Shown piece by piece: positions 46,217 to 64,000 of a stretch of 64,000 bases of DNA (position 1 is the stretch's first letter; each line of letters begins with the position of its first letter). Origin of the DNA: the human T2T-CHM13v2.0 reference genome, Homo sapiens; assembly GCF_009914755.1 (NCBI RefSeq), contig NC_060932.1. One strand, given 5' to 3'. The translations under genes and the position numbers were made by a program. The notes under the pieces are model-generated. The model saw nothing but the letters and a program-made list of their open reading frames with translations, did not search any database and was not told the origin of the DNA.

Positions 46217-48049
46217 TTTGAGAAGGAATAATGATGTGGTAAACATGTTCTGTTATTTAAAAAGAGAGACTTTTCATAGCCGCCTCCCTCCCCCTCTACA
46301 CACACACAGAGTCCTGTCCGTCTTCATTCCCTTACTCAATAATTTGTACAGACACAGCCACTGGGCTCCAGTAATCCTAAAGTTTCTAGAAAATCAAGCA
46401 CAGAAAAAGGTTAAAACCCTGAGGGAATAAAAGAATTCCTTTGCATCCATTGCATTTCTCAGGAAGTGAACTAACAAATTCACTGCTTTTAAATGAGGAA
46501 ATTTTCTCAGTGAAATTGATTCCAAACCTTCGTTAGGTCAACTGTTCCCAGATTTCTTAGCTGATGCCTGATCTGACTATTCCTTATCTTTAGTACAGAA
46601 ACCAAGGTGAATGACCTTTAAAAAACATATTAGACTGTTGACGTGTCTTCTATGTTGTACTCTAGGTAAAAACGATAAACCAGGAAAAAGAAAGTAAAAT
46701 TCAACCTTAGGCTCATGGATCCAGAGTGGATAATTATGAGTCTGTAGTATCTACATGCATGTGATGAGGTTCAAGGACAATAACCATAAAGCAAAGACTT
46801 AAAAGGTTTTATCATTAGAATAATTGTAATTCACTTGATCTCTCAATGTAACAATACTTCGGTCTACTGTCTCAAGCCATTATTATGTCTTACACTCAGC
46901 ATATTGGTTTGTCTACCATTAAATATTTATTTTCTACAGTACTTTCTGGAAGGCAAACAAAGCAGCCACTCTGCTACTTTATATTGATTCCTGAGTTGTC
47001 CTTCGGAAACGCTTTCAGGAAGTTTAATAGGTTTGAAAGATATTTAGACCTGTGACTGGCAAATATACTTCCTTCTTTTTATTTCAATAAGAGAGTACTA
47101 GAACTTAGATCTTTATTGTTTAATCTAGTCAGTGCTGTCATTGTCAATCAAGTTCTCAAATGACACTTGTCCTGAGCTGTAACTGATCTATTCAGAAGAA
47201 TATGAAAATAGTAAAGACGGCAACTATGCATGTTTTTACCGGACACGATTTTAATTGCTTTAAAATGAAGTTATGCAACCAATGAGGAATGGAGCTTTTG
47301 GAGTGGCCTGAAGCTAAAGGTTTCAGGTGTATTTTTGCTTTCTTTGAAGAAAGAACCAAATCATTTTATTTAATAAAAAGGCCATTTATCAAGAATTGCT
47401 TAAAGCTGTTTTAAACCTGAGTTTGCAATTTATAGAATATGTTCAAGCAGCCTCAGTGCCCTTTTAATTGGATGGTTTTCACAGATTTATCCAATTTGAG
47501 ATTTATCCAGTGAGAATTCCCTTTGTTCAAGTATATATGTCTTCTCTTCCATAAAGCAGATTCAAATGAAAGAGTGCAATCTGATATATCAGACATGTCA
47601 GTTATACATTTGATGTGGTAAATTTATAAGAGAGGCCAATTATTGTTATGAAAAAATACAATGAAATACATGATAGTCATTTACTGTTTTTATAACTAAT
47701 CTAAAAGTATTTACTAAAAAGAAACTATTTCTTTTCATATGTACTTTACTTTTTACTTTAACCCTTCATATGTCCTTTAAATAAAGAGAAGAAAAAAAGT
47801 CATTTATATTTATCCACATATTTTCTATTTCAGGTGGTCCTCATTCATTCTTGTAGATCCAAGTTACCATCTGTTATTATTTTCTTTGTCACCTGAAGAA
47901 TTTTCAGAACTATTTCTTCCTATATGTAGCATGTATAGATACTCTAAAAAGTCCATTATATGATGTATAAAACAAAGCATACAATGTAGTCTCTGCCCTA
48001 ATTATTTGTAATTTATATAAAACCTTTTGTTATTTTTTATTTTTAATTG

Positions 48050-48361
<312 letters not shown>

Positions 48362-48654
48362 TAATTGGTTATTTTATTATTTAGACTCCACATATCAATT
48401 TTCTTACTATGGCGATATGAAATAGCAATTAACCTTGAAATATCATTTATTTTTCCCTATTATTACATTTCCCTTAAGAACTACAATAAGTTATTTTACT
48501 GAAAAACATTGTCCTTAACGTACCATGAGCTAATCATTCAAGAATTGTGACTAAATTATCTAAATTATTTCAGTGTAATCACCTGAGGTTCTAGGTAAGC
48601 CCTCCTTCTCATTCTCTGCTTCACACATGCCAATGATTAAAAGATCAGATTATC

Positions 48655-48953
48655 AGCCAGGCACGGTGGCTCATGCCTGTAATCCCAGCACTTTGGGAGG
48701 CCGAGGTGGGTGGATCAGGAGGTCAGGAGTTCGAGACCAGCCTGGCCAACACAGTGAAACGCCCCCCCGCCCCCCGGTCTCTACTGAAAATACAAAAAAA
48801 ATTAGCTGAGTATGGTGGCAGGCACCTGTACTCCCAGCTACTCAGGAGGCTGAGGCAGGAGAATCACTTGAACTTGCAGTGAGCTGAGACTGCGCCATTG
48901 CACTCCAGTCTGAGCAACAGTGCGAGACTCTGTCTCAAAAAAAAAAAAAAAAA
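48655..48953 (+). mobile_element. Alu (S-type) with C-rich expansion and right-arm deletion
   Basis: TSD aaagatca(g/c)attatc; gaaacgcccccccgccccccggtctct. Confidence 0.95.
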
Positions 48954-49959
48954 AGATCACATTATCTTTAAGTAAAAAAAAGTAGTCAACTGGAGTTCCA
49001 CTTTTGGTAATGGTAGGGTAGCTGGCATCAAACTAGATCTCCTGCAGATCAAAATTATATACTGTGAAAAAAATGTAAATAATGTCTATCTGAAGGCACT
49101 GGAGGGTGTCTAGAAGCAGGCAGAAATAAGAAGGGAATCCTTTAAAGAAGGGAACTAAATATGGTTTTTCAGTTGAGGATACTCCCCAGACCTTGTGGTA
49201 GAAAGAAGCTAGAACTGAAGCTAAAACCACAATTTTAATTGCTTGAAGGGTTAAAGGACAGAATTTGGGACTGCCAATATGGCTGGATTATGAGGGGAGA
49301 AATTTCAGAAAGATGGTAGCCACAGATATGGGAGCCTCTAAATCCATGTGTAAACTCTCTGCACACATTCCTGCAGATCTCTGAACTGTGTATTGTGTAG
49401 GAGACTCCAAGGAACCCAACCAGGAGGCTGAAAAACTGAGTAGAGATTTCAGCTAATGCCTTGACAAGGGAGAAAAAATTTGGGGTTTGAGTCCAGCTAG
49501 ATAACTGCCTGCTAAAACAAAACTCAACACTCAGCCAAAAAAATAAGAAAATCAAGAGTATGTAAAATGTCTCATCAAATGCACCAGACGCAATCAAAAC
49601 TTACTAGACATGCATGCAAAGAAACAGCATATCTCTTGACCCAGAGTCAAGAAAAATTCAATCAATAGAAATCTATTCCAATATGTCTCAGATGTTGGAA
49701 TTAACAGAAAAGATCTTTTTAAAACTGTTTTAAATATATTTAAGATCTTAAAAGATAATATCAGTGGAAAAAATAGAAAGAACCAAAGTAAATTCTAGAA
49801 TGAAAAAAATATAATAACTAAGTCTTTAAAATGGGCTTAACAGCAGATTGGAAACAGTGAAAGAAAAGATTAGTGAATTAAAAAAAAAAGATCAACAGAA
49901 ATATCTAATCTGAAAAACAGAGAAGAAAAAGAAATTGAGAAAAGTGAGTAAAGGATCTA

Positions 49960-50345
<386 letters not shown>

Positions 50346-50700
50346 ATAAAAGAAAAATATTTGAAACATTGTGGCCAAAAATTTCCCAAAATTTGGTGAA
50401 AATATAATTGTACAGATCTAAGAAGTTCAACAAACATAAGCAGAAAGAAAAATACCGAAAATTATGCCTAGATACATCATAGTAAAATAATTTTTTAAAA
50501 AAGATAAACAGAAAATCTTGAAAATGTCCATAGGTAAACTACACATGAGAAAAAGGGGACTGATTAATCAAATTTTGACAAGTCAAGAGAAATAATAGAT
50601 TCCAGGAGACAATGGAATTACATCTCTCAGGTGCTGAAAGAAAAGACTGTCCACCCAATTCCACATCCAATGAAAATGTCCCTCAAAAATGAAAGAGAAG

Positions 50701-51043
<343 letters not shown>

Positions 51044-51459
51044 TCACCAACCAACACACACTACAAGAAATGCTATAGAAGATTCTTAAGGTGACAAAGG
51101 AAATAATAGCAGATGGTAACTTGGATCTGCAAGAATGAATAAAGACCACCAGAAATGGTAAATATATGGATATATATATATAAATGGGTACATTTTTTCT
51201 TCTCTTATTTAAAGGACATATGAAGGGTTAAAGTAAAAATTATCACACTGTATTGTAAAGTTTACAAAATAAGCAGATGTAATATATATGATAAAATAGC
51301 ACAAAAATTGGGCAAATAAAATTATGCAGTTGCAAGACATATTTTACATGTAATGATGTAATATTAACTAAGCAGATTGTACTAAAATTAAGGATGTATA
51401 CTGCAATCTCTAGAATCACCACTAAAAAATGATGTAAAGTAGTAGAACTAAAAATTCAG

Positions 51460-51767
51460 GGGCCAGGTATGGTGGCTTATACCTATTATCTCAGTACTTT
51501 GGGAGGCCGAGGTGGAAGGATCACTGGAGGTCAAGAGTTCAACACCAGCCTAGGCAATGAAGAAAGACTCCATCTCTACAAAAATTAAAAATTAAAAAAA
51601 AATAGTTGGGTGCAGTGGCGTGTACCTGTAGTCTTAGTTGCTTAGGAGGCTGAGACAGGAGGATCACTTGAGCCCATGACTTCAAGGCTACAGTGAGCTA
51701 TCTTTCATTGCACCACTACACTCCAGCCTGGGCTGGGTGACAGAGTTAGACTCTAAAGAAAAAAAAA
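51460..51767 (+). mobile_element. Alu (J-type)
   Basis: Diverged dimer, ggatcacttgagccc. Confidence 0.92.
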
Positions 51768-53562
51768 CCAATAGAGAATTGAAATGAAATACTAAAATAT
51801 TGTATTAACACAAAAGAAGCCACAAAAAGAGGAGCAGAGAAACAAATATCAGACTGGACAAATAAGAAACAAATAACAAAATGATAGCCCTAAATCCAAA
51901 AGTATTTATAATTATATTATATGTAAGTTAAAATGTAGAGATTGTCAGAATGAATTTAAAAAAGCAAGAATCAAAGATATGCTGTCTACAAGAGATGCAC
52001 TTTAATTGTAAAACACAAATAGTTTGAAAGTAAATGAATAGAAAGTATATACCATGTAAACAGAAACCATAAAAAAGCTGGAAAGGCTTTTTTTAACAAT
52101 TAAAAAAAATACACTTTAAGAGAAAGAGTTTTACCAGAAATAAAGATGTTGTATAATAATATAAAAGGGTCATTAATCAGGAAGATACTATCATGAAAGT
52201 ATTTGTACCTAGTAATAGACCATCAAAATATAATAAGCCCAAATTGACAGAACTAAAGGGAGAAATAGACAAGTTCACAATTTTGAGTGAGACTTTAACA
52301 TAGCCGTCTCAGTAAACAATAAGGTAACAAAAAATCAGTAAGGATTTAGAATATCTGAAAAACATCAAACAGCTTGGCCTAATTGACGTGTATAGAGCAC
52401 TATACCTAACAACTTCAGGACATATTTGCGTGTAGAACATTCATCAAGATAGAACATAAGTTAGGACATGAAATAAGTCTCAGTAAATTTCAAAAGGTTG
52501 AAGTCTTACAGAATATATTCTCGGATTATAATTAGATTATAAGTAAATATCTAAAAGAACTTCCAGATAGTTAGAAATTAAACAGTATGCTTTTAAATGT
52601 GTTGAAGAAGAAATCCTAAGAAAAATTAGGAAAAAATGGAACTGAATGATCACAAAAGTACATTCCTTCCAAAAATCTAAATTCCCAAATAGAAGTTTGT
52701 GAGACTCATCTAAAGCATGGTTTAGAAGACAATTTAGAGTTTTAAATGGCTATATCAAATAAGATAAAACTTTCAAATCAATGATCTTTCTACTTAAAAA
52801 GCTAGAAAAAAGAGGAGAAATGAAAACGATAGTAAGTAAAAGAGAGGAAAATAAATAAGACTAAAAACCAACAACACAGAAAGCAGACACAATAGAGAAA
52901 CTTAACAAAGTCAAAGTTGATTCTTTGCAAAGATAAATAAAATGGGTTTGCAAAGATAAATAAAATGGGTATATTCTGGTGAGACTGAAAAAATGGAGGA
53001 GTGGGACAGGAGACCATAAGAGAAAGAACACACATTACCTATGTGAGGAATAAGAGGTAATAGGAGAATATTATAATCGACTTTATGTCAATAAATGTGA
53101 CAACTTAGGTGAAATGAAAAATTACTCAGAAGGCCACTTATCACACTTGATACAAGATAAAATAGAAAATTTGAATAACTACATCTATTACATAAGCTCT
53201 TTCAGAAAACGGGAAAAATAAATACGTGTCAACTCATTTTACAAGGCCATCAAAATACTGTTATCTGACTTTGGCAGCATAACTCTAACAAAGACATGAA
53301 CAAAGGAAATTAGAGACCAATGTTCCTAATACAAGCACAATAATCATTAACAAAATATTAACCAACTTATTCAATAATATATTAAAAAGATATTATATCA
53401 TGACCAAGTGGGGTTTCTTCCAGGAATGCAAAGTTGGTCAACATTTGAAAATTAGTGTAATTCACCATATTAACAGAATAAAGAAAAAAAAACACATGAT
53501 AATTTCAATAGATGCACTTGTGATAAAAACTCTCAACAAACTAGGAATAAAAAGAAACTTCC

Positions 53563-53901
<339 letters not shown>

Positions 53902-55939
53902 TCAATATCACACTTGACAGTTAAAGAGGCAACTCCTCTTACGTGATTGGAAACCAGGCAAAGATGCCTCTTCTCCTTTAAGTTCTATTCTATTCTATAA
54001 ACTTCTGAACCAGTTTGATAAGTCAAAAAATGGAAATAAAAACCAGAACAATTGGATAGAAGAAGGAACTGATTCCTATCTGCAGATAATATAATTCTTT
54101 ATATAGAAAATCTTAAGGAATCTACAAAAAGTTACTGGAACTAATGTGAATTTAGCAACACTTCAAGATTCAAGTTCAATATAAAATCAATTGCATTTCT
54201 AAATACTAACAGTAAACACATTTTTAAATCAAATTAAGGTTATTACTTTAACAATAGCTTTAAGACATAAAATACTTAGAAACAAATTCAGCAAAAGATC
54301 TGTAAAACCTCAATGTTCAAAGCTACAAATACTAATCAGTGCAATTAAATAACACATATAGAGATACCCCACGTCCAAATGTTGCTAGACTCAATATTAT
54401 TAAGATGTCAATTTTCCCCACAATGATTTTAACTATAATCCTAGCAGGCATTTTAGTACAGGTGACAATCTGAGTCTAAGACTTATTGGAAATGTAAAGG
54501 GCCTGGAATAGCCAAAACAATCTTGAAATAAAGGAACAAAGCTGGAGGATTTATATTATTTAACTTCAAAACTTAACATAAATTATGATAAGATGTGTAA
54601 TACTGGCAACAGGATAGACACATAGATCAATGAAACAAAGTATGAGGCAGAAACAGACCAACACCTATCTGGTTATTTCATTCTGAAGAAAGGTGGCAAG
54701 ACAATTCAGTGAGGAAAGGAAAGTGTTTAATAAATTATGTGGGAAAACGAGATATCTATGTGGAAACAAAACAACCATAACTTCTACCTCATTCATCCAG
54801 GGACCTAAATATAAAAGCTAAAACTATAGATGGTCTTTAAAAAAAAAACCTAAGTCTACAGTGAAAACCTCAGGTAAGTGAAGATTTCTTAAAACAGAAA
54901 ACAACCACAGAATTGTTTTAAAAGATAAATTAAACTTTATCAAAAGTTAAGCCTTCTCATTAAAAGACACTTTAAAAATGAACAGAAAGCCACAGACTGG
55001 GAGAAAATGTAATGTACATATCTGACAAAAGACTTGTATTGAGAATATATAAATAACTGCAGCAATTCATTAGTAATGACACCAATGCAAGAAATAAAGT
55101 AAATAAAATCTGTAATAGACACACAACAAAGGAAATATTATGCATGTCCAATAAGCACATGATCAAGTTCTTTCTTAGTCATTGGAAAAATGCAAATTAA
55201 ATCTTCAGTGAAATACTAGCTTACACCCAACTAAAATGGCTAAAATTAAAAGTACTGAAGACACCAAATATTGACCAAGATGTGAAGCAAGTGGAACTAT
55301 TATACATTGCTAATGGGAATCAAAAACAAAAAAGATTCGTAATTTCTTATAAAGTTAAGCATATACCTGCTCTATGACCCAGAAATTCTACTTCTAAATG
55401 TTTACCAAAGAGGGATTAAAACACAGGTCCAAAAAGTCATGAATGAGGACATTCATGGTCACCGAAAACTGAAAACAACCGAATTGCTCATTAATAGGTG
55501 AACGGATAAACAGATTGTGATATTGTACACTCAAACAATGACAAACTATCCACAGGAAAGAACTCTTGATATATCCAAAATATGGATGAATCTCTCAGAT
55601 GTGCTGAGTAAAGGAAGCTGGACACAAAGAGTATGTTCCATGATTCCACTCACATAAATTTCTCAAAGAGGTTAGAAAATATGTGTTGAAAATCTATGGT
55701 GGAAAAATAATCTGGAATGGAAAAAAAAGAAGAGTTTGCCTCTGCCAGGGGTGTTAATTAGGAAGAGGCATTAGGGAACGTTTAGGGTGAAAAAAAAAGC
55801 CCTAAATTTTGATAGAGTGTTATACAGAATACACATGTGTCAAAAGTCATCAAATTGCACACTTAAGATTTGTGAATTTCATGATATTTAAATGTTACCT
55901 CGAAGACAAAGAACCGAAAACAAATATCAGCTCTAGTAG

Positions 55940-56590
55940 ATTTGCTTTTCTCAGTGGATTAGCAATTCCAACATGAGTTTTTGTGTATTCTAGGTTGGAA
56001 CAAATGTATGAATTTATTGAGGATAATGAAAGCCAGGTTTTTAATTGTTCATGGAGAAAGTTAGAAACATTGAAAAGGGAAACCAAGCTGTAGATTGGAA
56101 TCAGAGGTACAAATATGAAATAATGCTTTTTAGTATCTAGATATAGATTTGTAGATAGAGGTAGCAATAGTTATGGAAATACATAGATGTGTATATACAT
56201 GTATTTAGATGTGTCTATGTAAGTGTATGTGATTCCTAAATCTATCCACTCATTGGACCTAGAAGGGCCTTCAGCAAAGAACACAGCTGCTACCCAGATC
56301 ATTGTCTGTAAATATCTTTACTCTAATAAATGGAACCTTGAAGAAATGCTGATCCCAAAACTAGAGCAGGAAAAGTGGAAGATGAATCAGGAACATCTTA
56401 TTGTATCTGTAAGGATAGGCTCAAAATATGATAGCCACATATCAAAAGGACACGGGTTGGCTTGAAGTGGTTCCCACTAACCCAAACTGGCAAAATTGCA
56501 CATTAATATAAATAATAGTAACACTGGGTTAAAATCTATTGAGTAAAGTTAGAATGTATGAGTCCATACTGATATGAATAAAAAGAAAGA
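55940..56590 (+). mobile_element. L1MC/MD-type 3' UTR fragment
   Basis: ttgaggataatgaaagccaggttt, ctaataaatggaacc, atgagtccatactgatat. Confidence 0.6.
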
Positions 56591-56686
56591 AAGGAGGGAG
56601 GGAAGTGGGTTAGACCGTTTTTGCATTGCTGTAAAGGAATACCTGAAACTGGATAATTTATAAAGAAAAGAGGTTTAATTGGCTCA

Positions 56687-57071
<385 letters not shown>

Positions 57072-57154
57072 TCATAACAGAAGGCAAAGGGGGAACAGGT
57101 GTCTCACATGGCGAGAGGGGAAGCAAGAGAGAGATGGGGGAGGTGCCACATACT

Positions 57155-57654
57155 CTCATTTTAATTTTTTAAAATTTATTTTTAAATGTTTAAATGTTTG
57201 ATGTTTGTGGGTACATAGTAGGTGTATATATTTATAGGGTACATGAGATGTTTTGATACAGGCATGCAATACGTAATAATCACATCATGGAGAATGAGGT
57301 ATCCATCCCCTCAAGCATTTATCCTTTGTTACACAAAATCTAAATACTCCCTTTTAGTTATTTAGTTATATGTACAATTAAGTTATTATTGACTGTAGTC
57401 ACCCTGTTGTGCTATCAAATAGTAGGTCTTACTCATTTTTTCTATTTTTTTTGTACCCATTAACCATCCCCACCTTCCCTCCACCGCTGCCCTCCTCCCA
57501 GCCCTACCCTTTCCAGCCTCTGGTAACCATCCTTCTACTCTCTACGTCCATGAGTTCAATTGTTTTGAGTTTTAGATCCCACACATAAGTAAGAACACGT
57601 GATGTTTGTCTTTCTGTGCCTGGCTTATTTCACTTAACATAAGGATCTCCAGTT
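57155..57654 (-). mobile_element. 5'-truncated L1MA (MA2/MA3-like) 3' end inside MSTB
   Basis: gtgggtacatagtaggtgtatatatttat, gtatccatcccctcaagcatttatcc; TSD ccacatact / ccacacact. Confidence 0.9.
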
Positions 57655-57847
57655 CCACACACTTTTAAACAACCAAATCTCGAGTGAACTCAGAGCAAGA
57701 ACTCATTCATCACCAAGGAGATGGCGCTGAGCCATTCATGAGGGATCCACTCCTGTAATCCAGTTGCCTCTCACCAGGTTTCACCTCCAACGCTGGAGAT
57801 TACATTTCAACAGAGCGTCGGAAGGGACTAACATCCAAACTATATCA

Positions 57848-57912
57848 GGAGGGATGGCGGGAGGAAGGGAGGAGGGAGGGAGGGAAGGACAGAAGGAACG
57901 GAAGGAGGAAGG
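57848..57912. repeat. Purine-rich (GGAA/GGGA)-like low-complexity tract
   Basis: ggagggatggcgggaggaagggaggagggagggagggaagg. Confidence 0.8.
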
Positions 57913-58122
57913 TTGTTTACTACACTACCAGCCTCAAAAGGAAAAATGTTAACATAGATTGCATAGGGTTTTGCAATCATATACACTCATTTTAATACCT
58001 ATAATCTTTATTCAGCATTTTAAATTAACTGTATCTATTTCCTATTTATGCCAGCTGAAGAACATGTGGCTTTGAATTATTTCAAATGCAAATTTTTTTC
58101 CCCATTTTATCATTTTGTTGGC

Positions 58123-58563
58123 TGTATTGGTTTTCTATGGCTATTGTAACAAAATACCACAGATTTAGTGTCTTAAAACAACGCAAATTTATTCTGTCAC
58201 CATGCTGGAGGTCAGAGGCTAACATGAGTCTTAAAGGGCTGGAATCAAGCTATTAGCAGGACTGGTTCCATCGAGAGGTTCCAGGAGAGAATTATTTCTT
58301 TCCCTTTCCCATTCCCTCTCTCCAATATGTCTTTGGCTTTGCCTTCTGCTCTAACAGAGTCCAATTTGTCCCTCTGTTTCTTTCTTTGAAGAAAACCTGT
58401 GATTATATTTAGGACCCATGGGGCTAATTCAGTATAATCTTCTCATCCCCAAGTCTTTAACTTCGTCACACCTGTGACATTCCTTTGCCGTATAAGGGCA
58501 CACTCATGGGTTCTGGGCATTAGAACATGGACATTTTAAGAGGCCATTATTAAGCCCACCACA
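58123..58563 (-). mobile_element. MLT1 (C/D-like) MaLR LTR
   Basis: gctattgtaacaaaataccacag, cttaaaacaacgcaaatttatt, ggccattattaagcccaccaca. Confidence 0.85.
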
Positions 58564-58736
58564 TTGATTATTCTAACTATTTAGTCTCTGTCCACCAGAC
58601 CACTGAAATGAAATATTTGTCATTATAATAATTTATATTTTTATTATTTTACTCTTAAGGTGAATTTACAATACTTTATTTCAGATGAATTAGAATATTT
58701 AAAAATATGAAGACTAAACTTATACTTAATAAGTAA

Positions 58737-59031
<295 letters not shown>

Positions 59032-59320
59032 AATATACTATTTATATATCATTTATAAATAAATATATAATATATTAATAATAAATCTGAACTTCATAAG
59101 ACTATTCAATCTGAAGTTTTTTCCGTTAGTTTAGTTCTCTTTATACTTAAGATTCTAGCCAAAGAGTAACTATGAAAAGTAATAAACAAGAATCAGATTT
59201 GGAAGATAGTGTATCCTATTCTAGTTGCTTAGTCATTCATTGAACAAATACTTACTTGGTCCCAAGTGCTATTATAGATACTGTGCAGCAAAGAAGAGTG
59301 TACTTCCATTTGCTCTTCTC

Positions 59321-59803
59321 TGTTATGGCAGATTGTTTTTGCCAAGATGGTTATAACAACACCTCCCGTTCTACCTGCTCATCTTATCATGCAAGTTGTC
59401 ACTCTTCACTTTGAGAGATGGGAACTATATTCCCTTTCTTCGAATCCAGACAGGCCTGTGATATAGCAGTTTAGCCATGCGACTTCTAAGGTTAGGTCCT
59501 ACAAGTTAACACAGATTCTGCCTGGCTCTCTTAGGACGATCAGTCTTGGAACCCAACTCCCACACTGTGAGGAGACTGAGGCCACATGGAGAGGTGACTG
59601 TGTTCCATCACTTGGGTGTCCCAGGCAAAAGTTCAGTAGCATCAACTCACCAGCCAGATATGTGACTATGGAAGCTTTAGAGAATAACTCCATTCTTTCA
59701 GTTGAACCCCAAAATCATGAGAAATAGTAATACAATAATATAGTTTTTCCTAAGCTGCTACGTTTTGGAGTGATTTGTTATATAGTGACAGATACCCTGA
59801 ATA
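59321..59803 (+). mobile_element. MLT1 (G/H-like) MaLR LTR
   Basis: tgttatggcagattg, ccaagatgg, gaggccacatggagagg, ttttggagtgatttgttatatag. Confidence 0.8.
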
Positions 59804-60029
59804 TCTCTTACCTACTCATTTTATGAACATACACGATACTTACATTTCATAATATAATATATAAAATTGAGAATGAGCTCACTTCCTACCTATTTTATTA
59901 AACTAAATGATACCATGTATATGTCATTCTTTCAATGTCAATGAAAAAATAACAAATTAAATTCAAAGTGCTTTCTATGTGCCTTTTAGATTGTTATTGA
60001 GGAGATAAATGGATATAAAAAATCATTCA

Positions 60030-60366
<337 letters not shown>

Positions 60367-60489
60367 TCATGACTTGCTGGGGCAAAATCACTATTGCCTT
60401 TGTTTTTTTCCTTTCTGTCTCATTTTTAAGCCATCTGACTTTCAAAATTACCCTGCAAACTCTGGTGCTCTTCTAACTTTCCTCTCTCC

Positions 60490-61390
<901 letters not shown>

Positions 61391-62479
61391 CACTTAAAAA
61401 TATAACAGGAACAAAAAACCACTTCATAAGATTTCATATTTTTTTCCACCACCACAATCACTAAAGAAAACTCTCGCCAGGAGGTAGCTTCATTTGCATT
61501 GAGGATAGAACAGATGGAAGAAGAGGAAAAGATAGGAGTAAGAGGTCAAAGAGCTAAGAACTTCTCAGGCCAAGGGTCAGGAAGAACTTAGGAAAATTCA
61601 TTTTTATCAGTGAGTAACTGGAAAGAGAAACACTGAGAATGTAAGACACAGGAAAAGATGTTAAAGCTTTTCTGTTTTGCAATAAGATGGACTCTCTTGG
61701 GTATTTTCTGAAGAGTTGCAATAAAGTTTTTTTCTGCTGGACTGACCAAGAGAGGGGCTGCTTTATATAGTTTATGCATATTGAATATTAATTTAACAAC
61801 GCTGTCCTCCTCTCACCTCCACTTACATACAAACTTTATGTGGTCAATGTCTTGTTTTGCTTGTCATTGCAACCTTGGTGTTTACACAATTAGTAGTGGG
61901 GGCTGAATCAATATTGACTGAATTAATGTGTGATTTAGGGCAATTTGCTTAACCTCTCCAGACTTCAATGTTTACCCCCTCCTCCCACCTCCAGAAGCCT
62001 GGGATAGCCTGAAACAGCTAATTACAGTTCTGATATTCCTCTGGAGTTTCTTTGAAGTTTCATGTTTTGTCTAAAAAACTTGTTTTATGATTCATTTTAC
62101 AACTTTAATGTTAATATTCCATATCATTATATGTCAGTATTTATTTAAAATTAAAATAATTTTATCTCATGTCTTCTAACAAAAGGAATGGCATTGTACC
62201 TATTACCTCCAGTGCTATACAGACTTCAAACCAGTTTGACAAACTCAAGGATTCATTAAATAATCACAAAGGCTCTCTTTGAGCCAAAAGTTTTATGACT
62301 CTTGGCTTCTAACAAGTCGAACAGCTAATATTTACTGAATTCCTTTTATGTTCAAGTCACAGGGGAGAATACAAGGAACAATGAGATGAACTGCCTTGGA
62401 GATGCAGTTATGATGACAAGTCATGCATATGTACAAAGGTAATATTGTGAGGCAGTACAGACTGCCAAGTGAGTAGAGC

Positions 62480-62620
62480 AGCTTGTTAATGCAGAAGAAT
62501 CCAGGATGACTGAGCCCTCTAGGCCTCAATTTCCTCACCTGAAACATGGGTAACCATGCTTATGCTTTTATATCACAGGATGGCTATAGAGGTCAATAAG
62601 ATGAAATGTACCTACATACA
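62480..62620 (+). mobile_element. MIR fragment
   Basis: ccctctaggcctcaatttcctcacctgaaacatggg, cacaggatggctatagaggtcaataaga. Confidence 0.7.
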
Positions 62621-63720
62621 AATTAGAAAGCATCTTATTCTCGGAGGGTTTCGATCACATGGCAAAACCTTGAGATGGAGTAGGAAACAAGTTGATAGAC
62701 GAGCATAGCAGAACGGCCTTCATGAAGACACAGAAAAAGAAATATACCACAAAGATACAGGAAACTAAAAATGACAATCTTTATGGGGTGGAAAGCTCAA
62801 TCAAGTGAGATAGCTCTGAAAAAGCAGGATATTGTGGGCCTTGAATTCTAAGTTAGGAAATTTAGAATCACTACTGTAGATGTCATTTTCAAAAGATAAA
62901 TCCCTTGGTACATAATTTGGTTCATATTTTGAGACAGCTGGGAACATTTGGCACAGACAAAAGGGCTATTTTAAATGCTTTGACTCCTTTAAAGAATATT
63001 AAAGGGACACGTGAAGAAATCAGATAATTGCTTGCAGGGATCAAGTGTCAGGATGGTAATATTGCTAAAAGAGGAAAGAAGAGAACATGGTTGTTTTTTT
63101 GAGTTAAAAATGAACTGGCATTATGCCAGATGTGGGCAAACAGAATAGAAGTAAATTTGAAAGGAGTTTCAATATAACTCTTGATGCTTGGAGGCAAAAA
63201 GCAAATGGCCTTCAGCGTAATTTGGAATAAATTCTAGCATTATTGGATGAACAACACATGGCTTAAATTTTAATCCAAAAGCTCAACCAGCTCTCTAAGA
63301 TGAAAGTGTGGCATTGGTAGAAGAATGAGTTTTTGGAAAATAATATAGAGGAAATAGTACCTGGTGTTGGTGATAACTCTATATATTCAATTGTTTAAAT
63401 GAGATTTTTGAAAGTCAACTAAAAAGAAAATACATTGTTAGTATACAGTATTAGCATTTGTTTAATGGAAGAACGTAAGTGCAAAACAAATCTTTATTTT
63501 AAGAAGTTTCCAGAAAGCACATCTCTTTTGCAAAATGTGGAAAAGCCCACCAGTGTTGAAACCATATACCTTTGAGTGTTCTTAAAGATGGCTGCATTTG
63601 AACACTGCATATTGTGCTATAATTTGTGTAGAAAAGAAAGAATACATCTACTTGTTACTATGTTAATAAAATAACCCTGGAAATATACAAAACTAACCTA
63701 TCATCTTGGTTTGCCACTAG

Positions 63721-64000
<280 letters not shown>

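Noticed and set aside
57848-57912. GGAA microsatellite-type ETS enhancer
   Set aside because: The GGAA units are not consecutive; it is a degenerate purine tract.

Overview
Primate (very likely human) euchromatic genomic DNA with no supportable protein-coding exon. All ORFs in the track come from Alu, L1, LTR, AT-rich tandem repeats or GC-rich CpG-island sequence. The organising feature is a CpG island at ~26.2-27.45 kb. It looks like the promoter and ATG-free first exon of a minus-strand gene (donor CGG|GTAAGT at 26646/26645). That would make 1-26645 part of a long first intron and 27.5-64 kb upstream or intergenic sequence. The rest is a dense fossil record of mobile DNA: more than 40 Alu/FLAM copies, a near full-length ancient L1ME, L1PA/PB/MA pieces, HAL1, L2, MIR, MaLR LTRs, a MER39-type ERV1 LTR, MER2 and MER1B. 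There is also a ~1 kb compound AT-rich palindromic minisatellite. I do not see a convincing novel biological system. The most unusual items are: a 53-nt non-Alu, poly(A)-tailed, TSD-flanked mini-retroposon inside an MSTB LTR; a second MSTB copy hit by an L1 at the same consensus position; an ancient local duplication with one copy struck twice by Alu at one target site; and an E2-box/FOX/CTCF/G4 arrangement in the island. Repeat family names come from recalled consensus sequences, not from a search.
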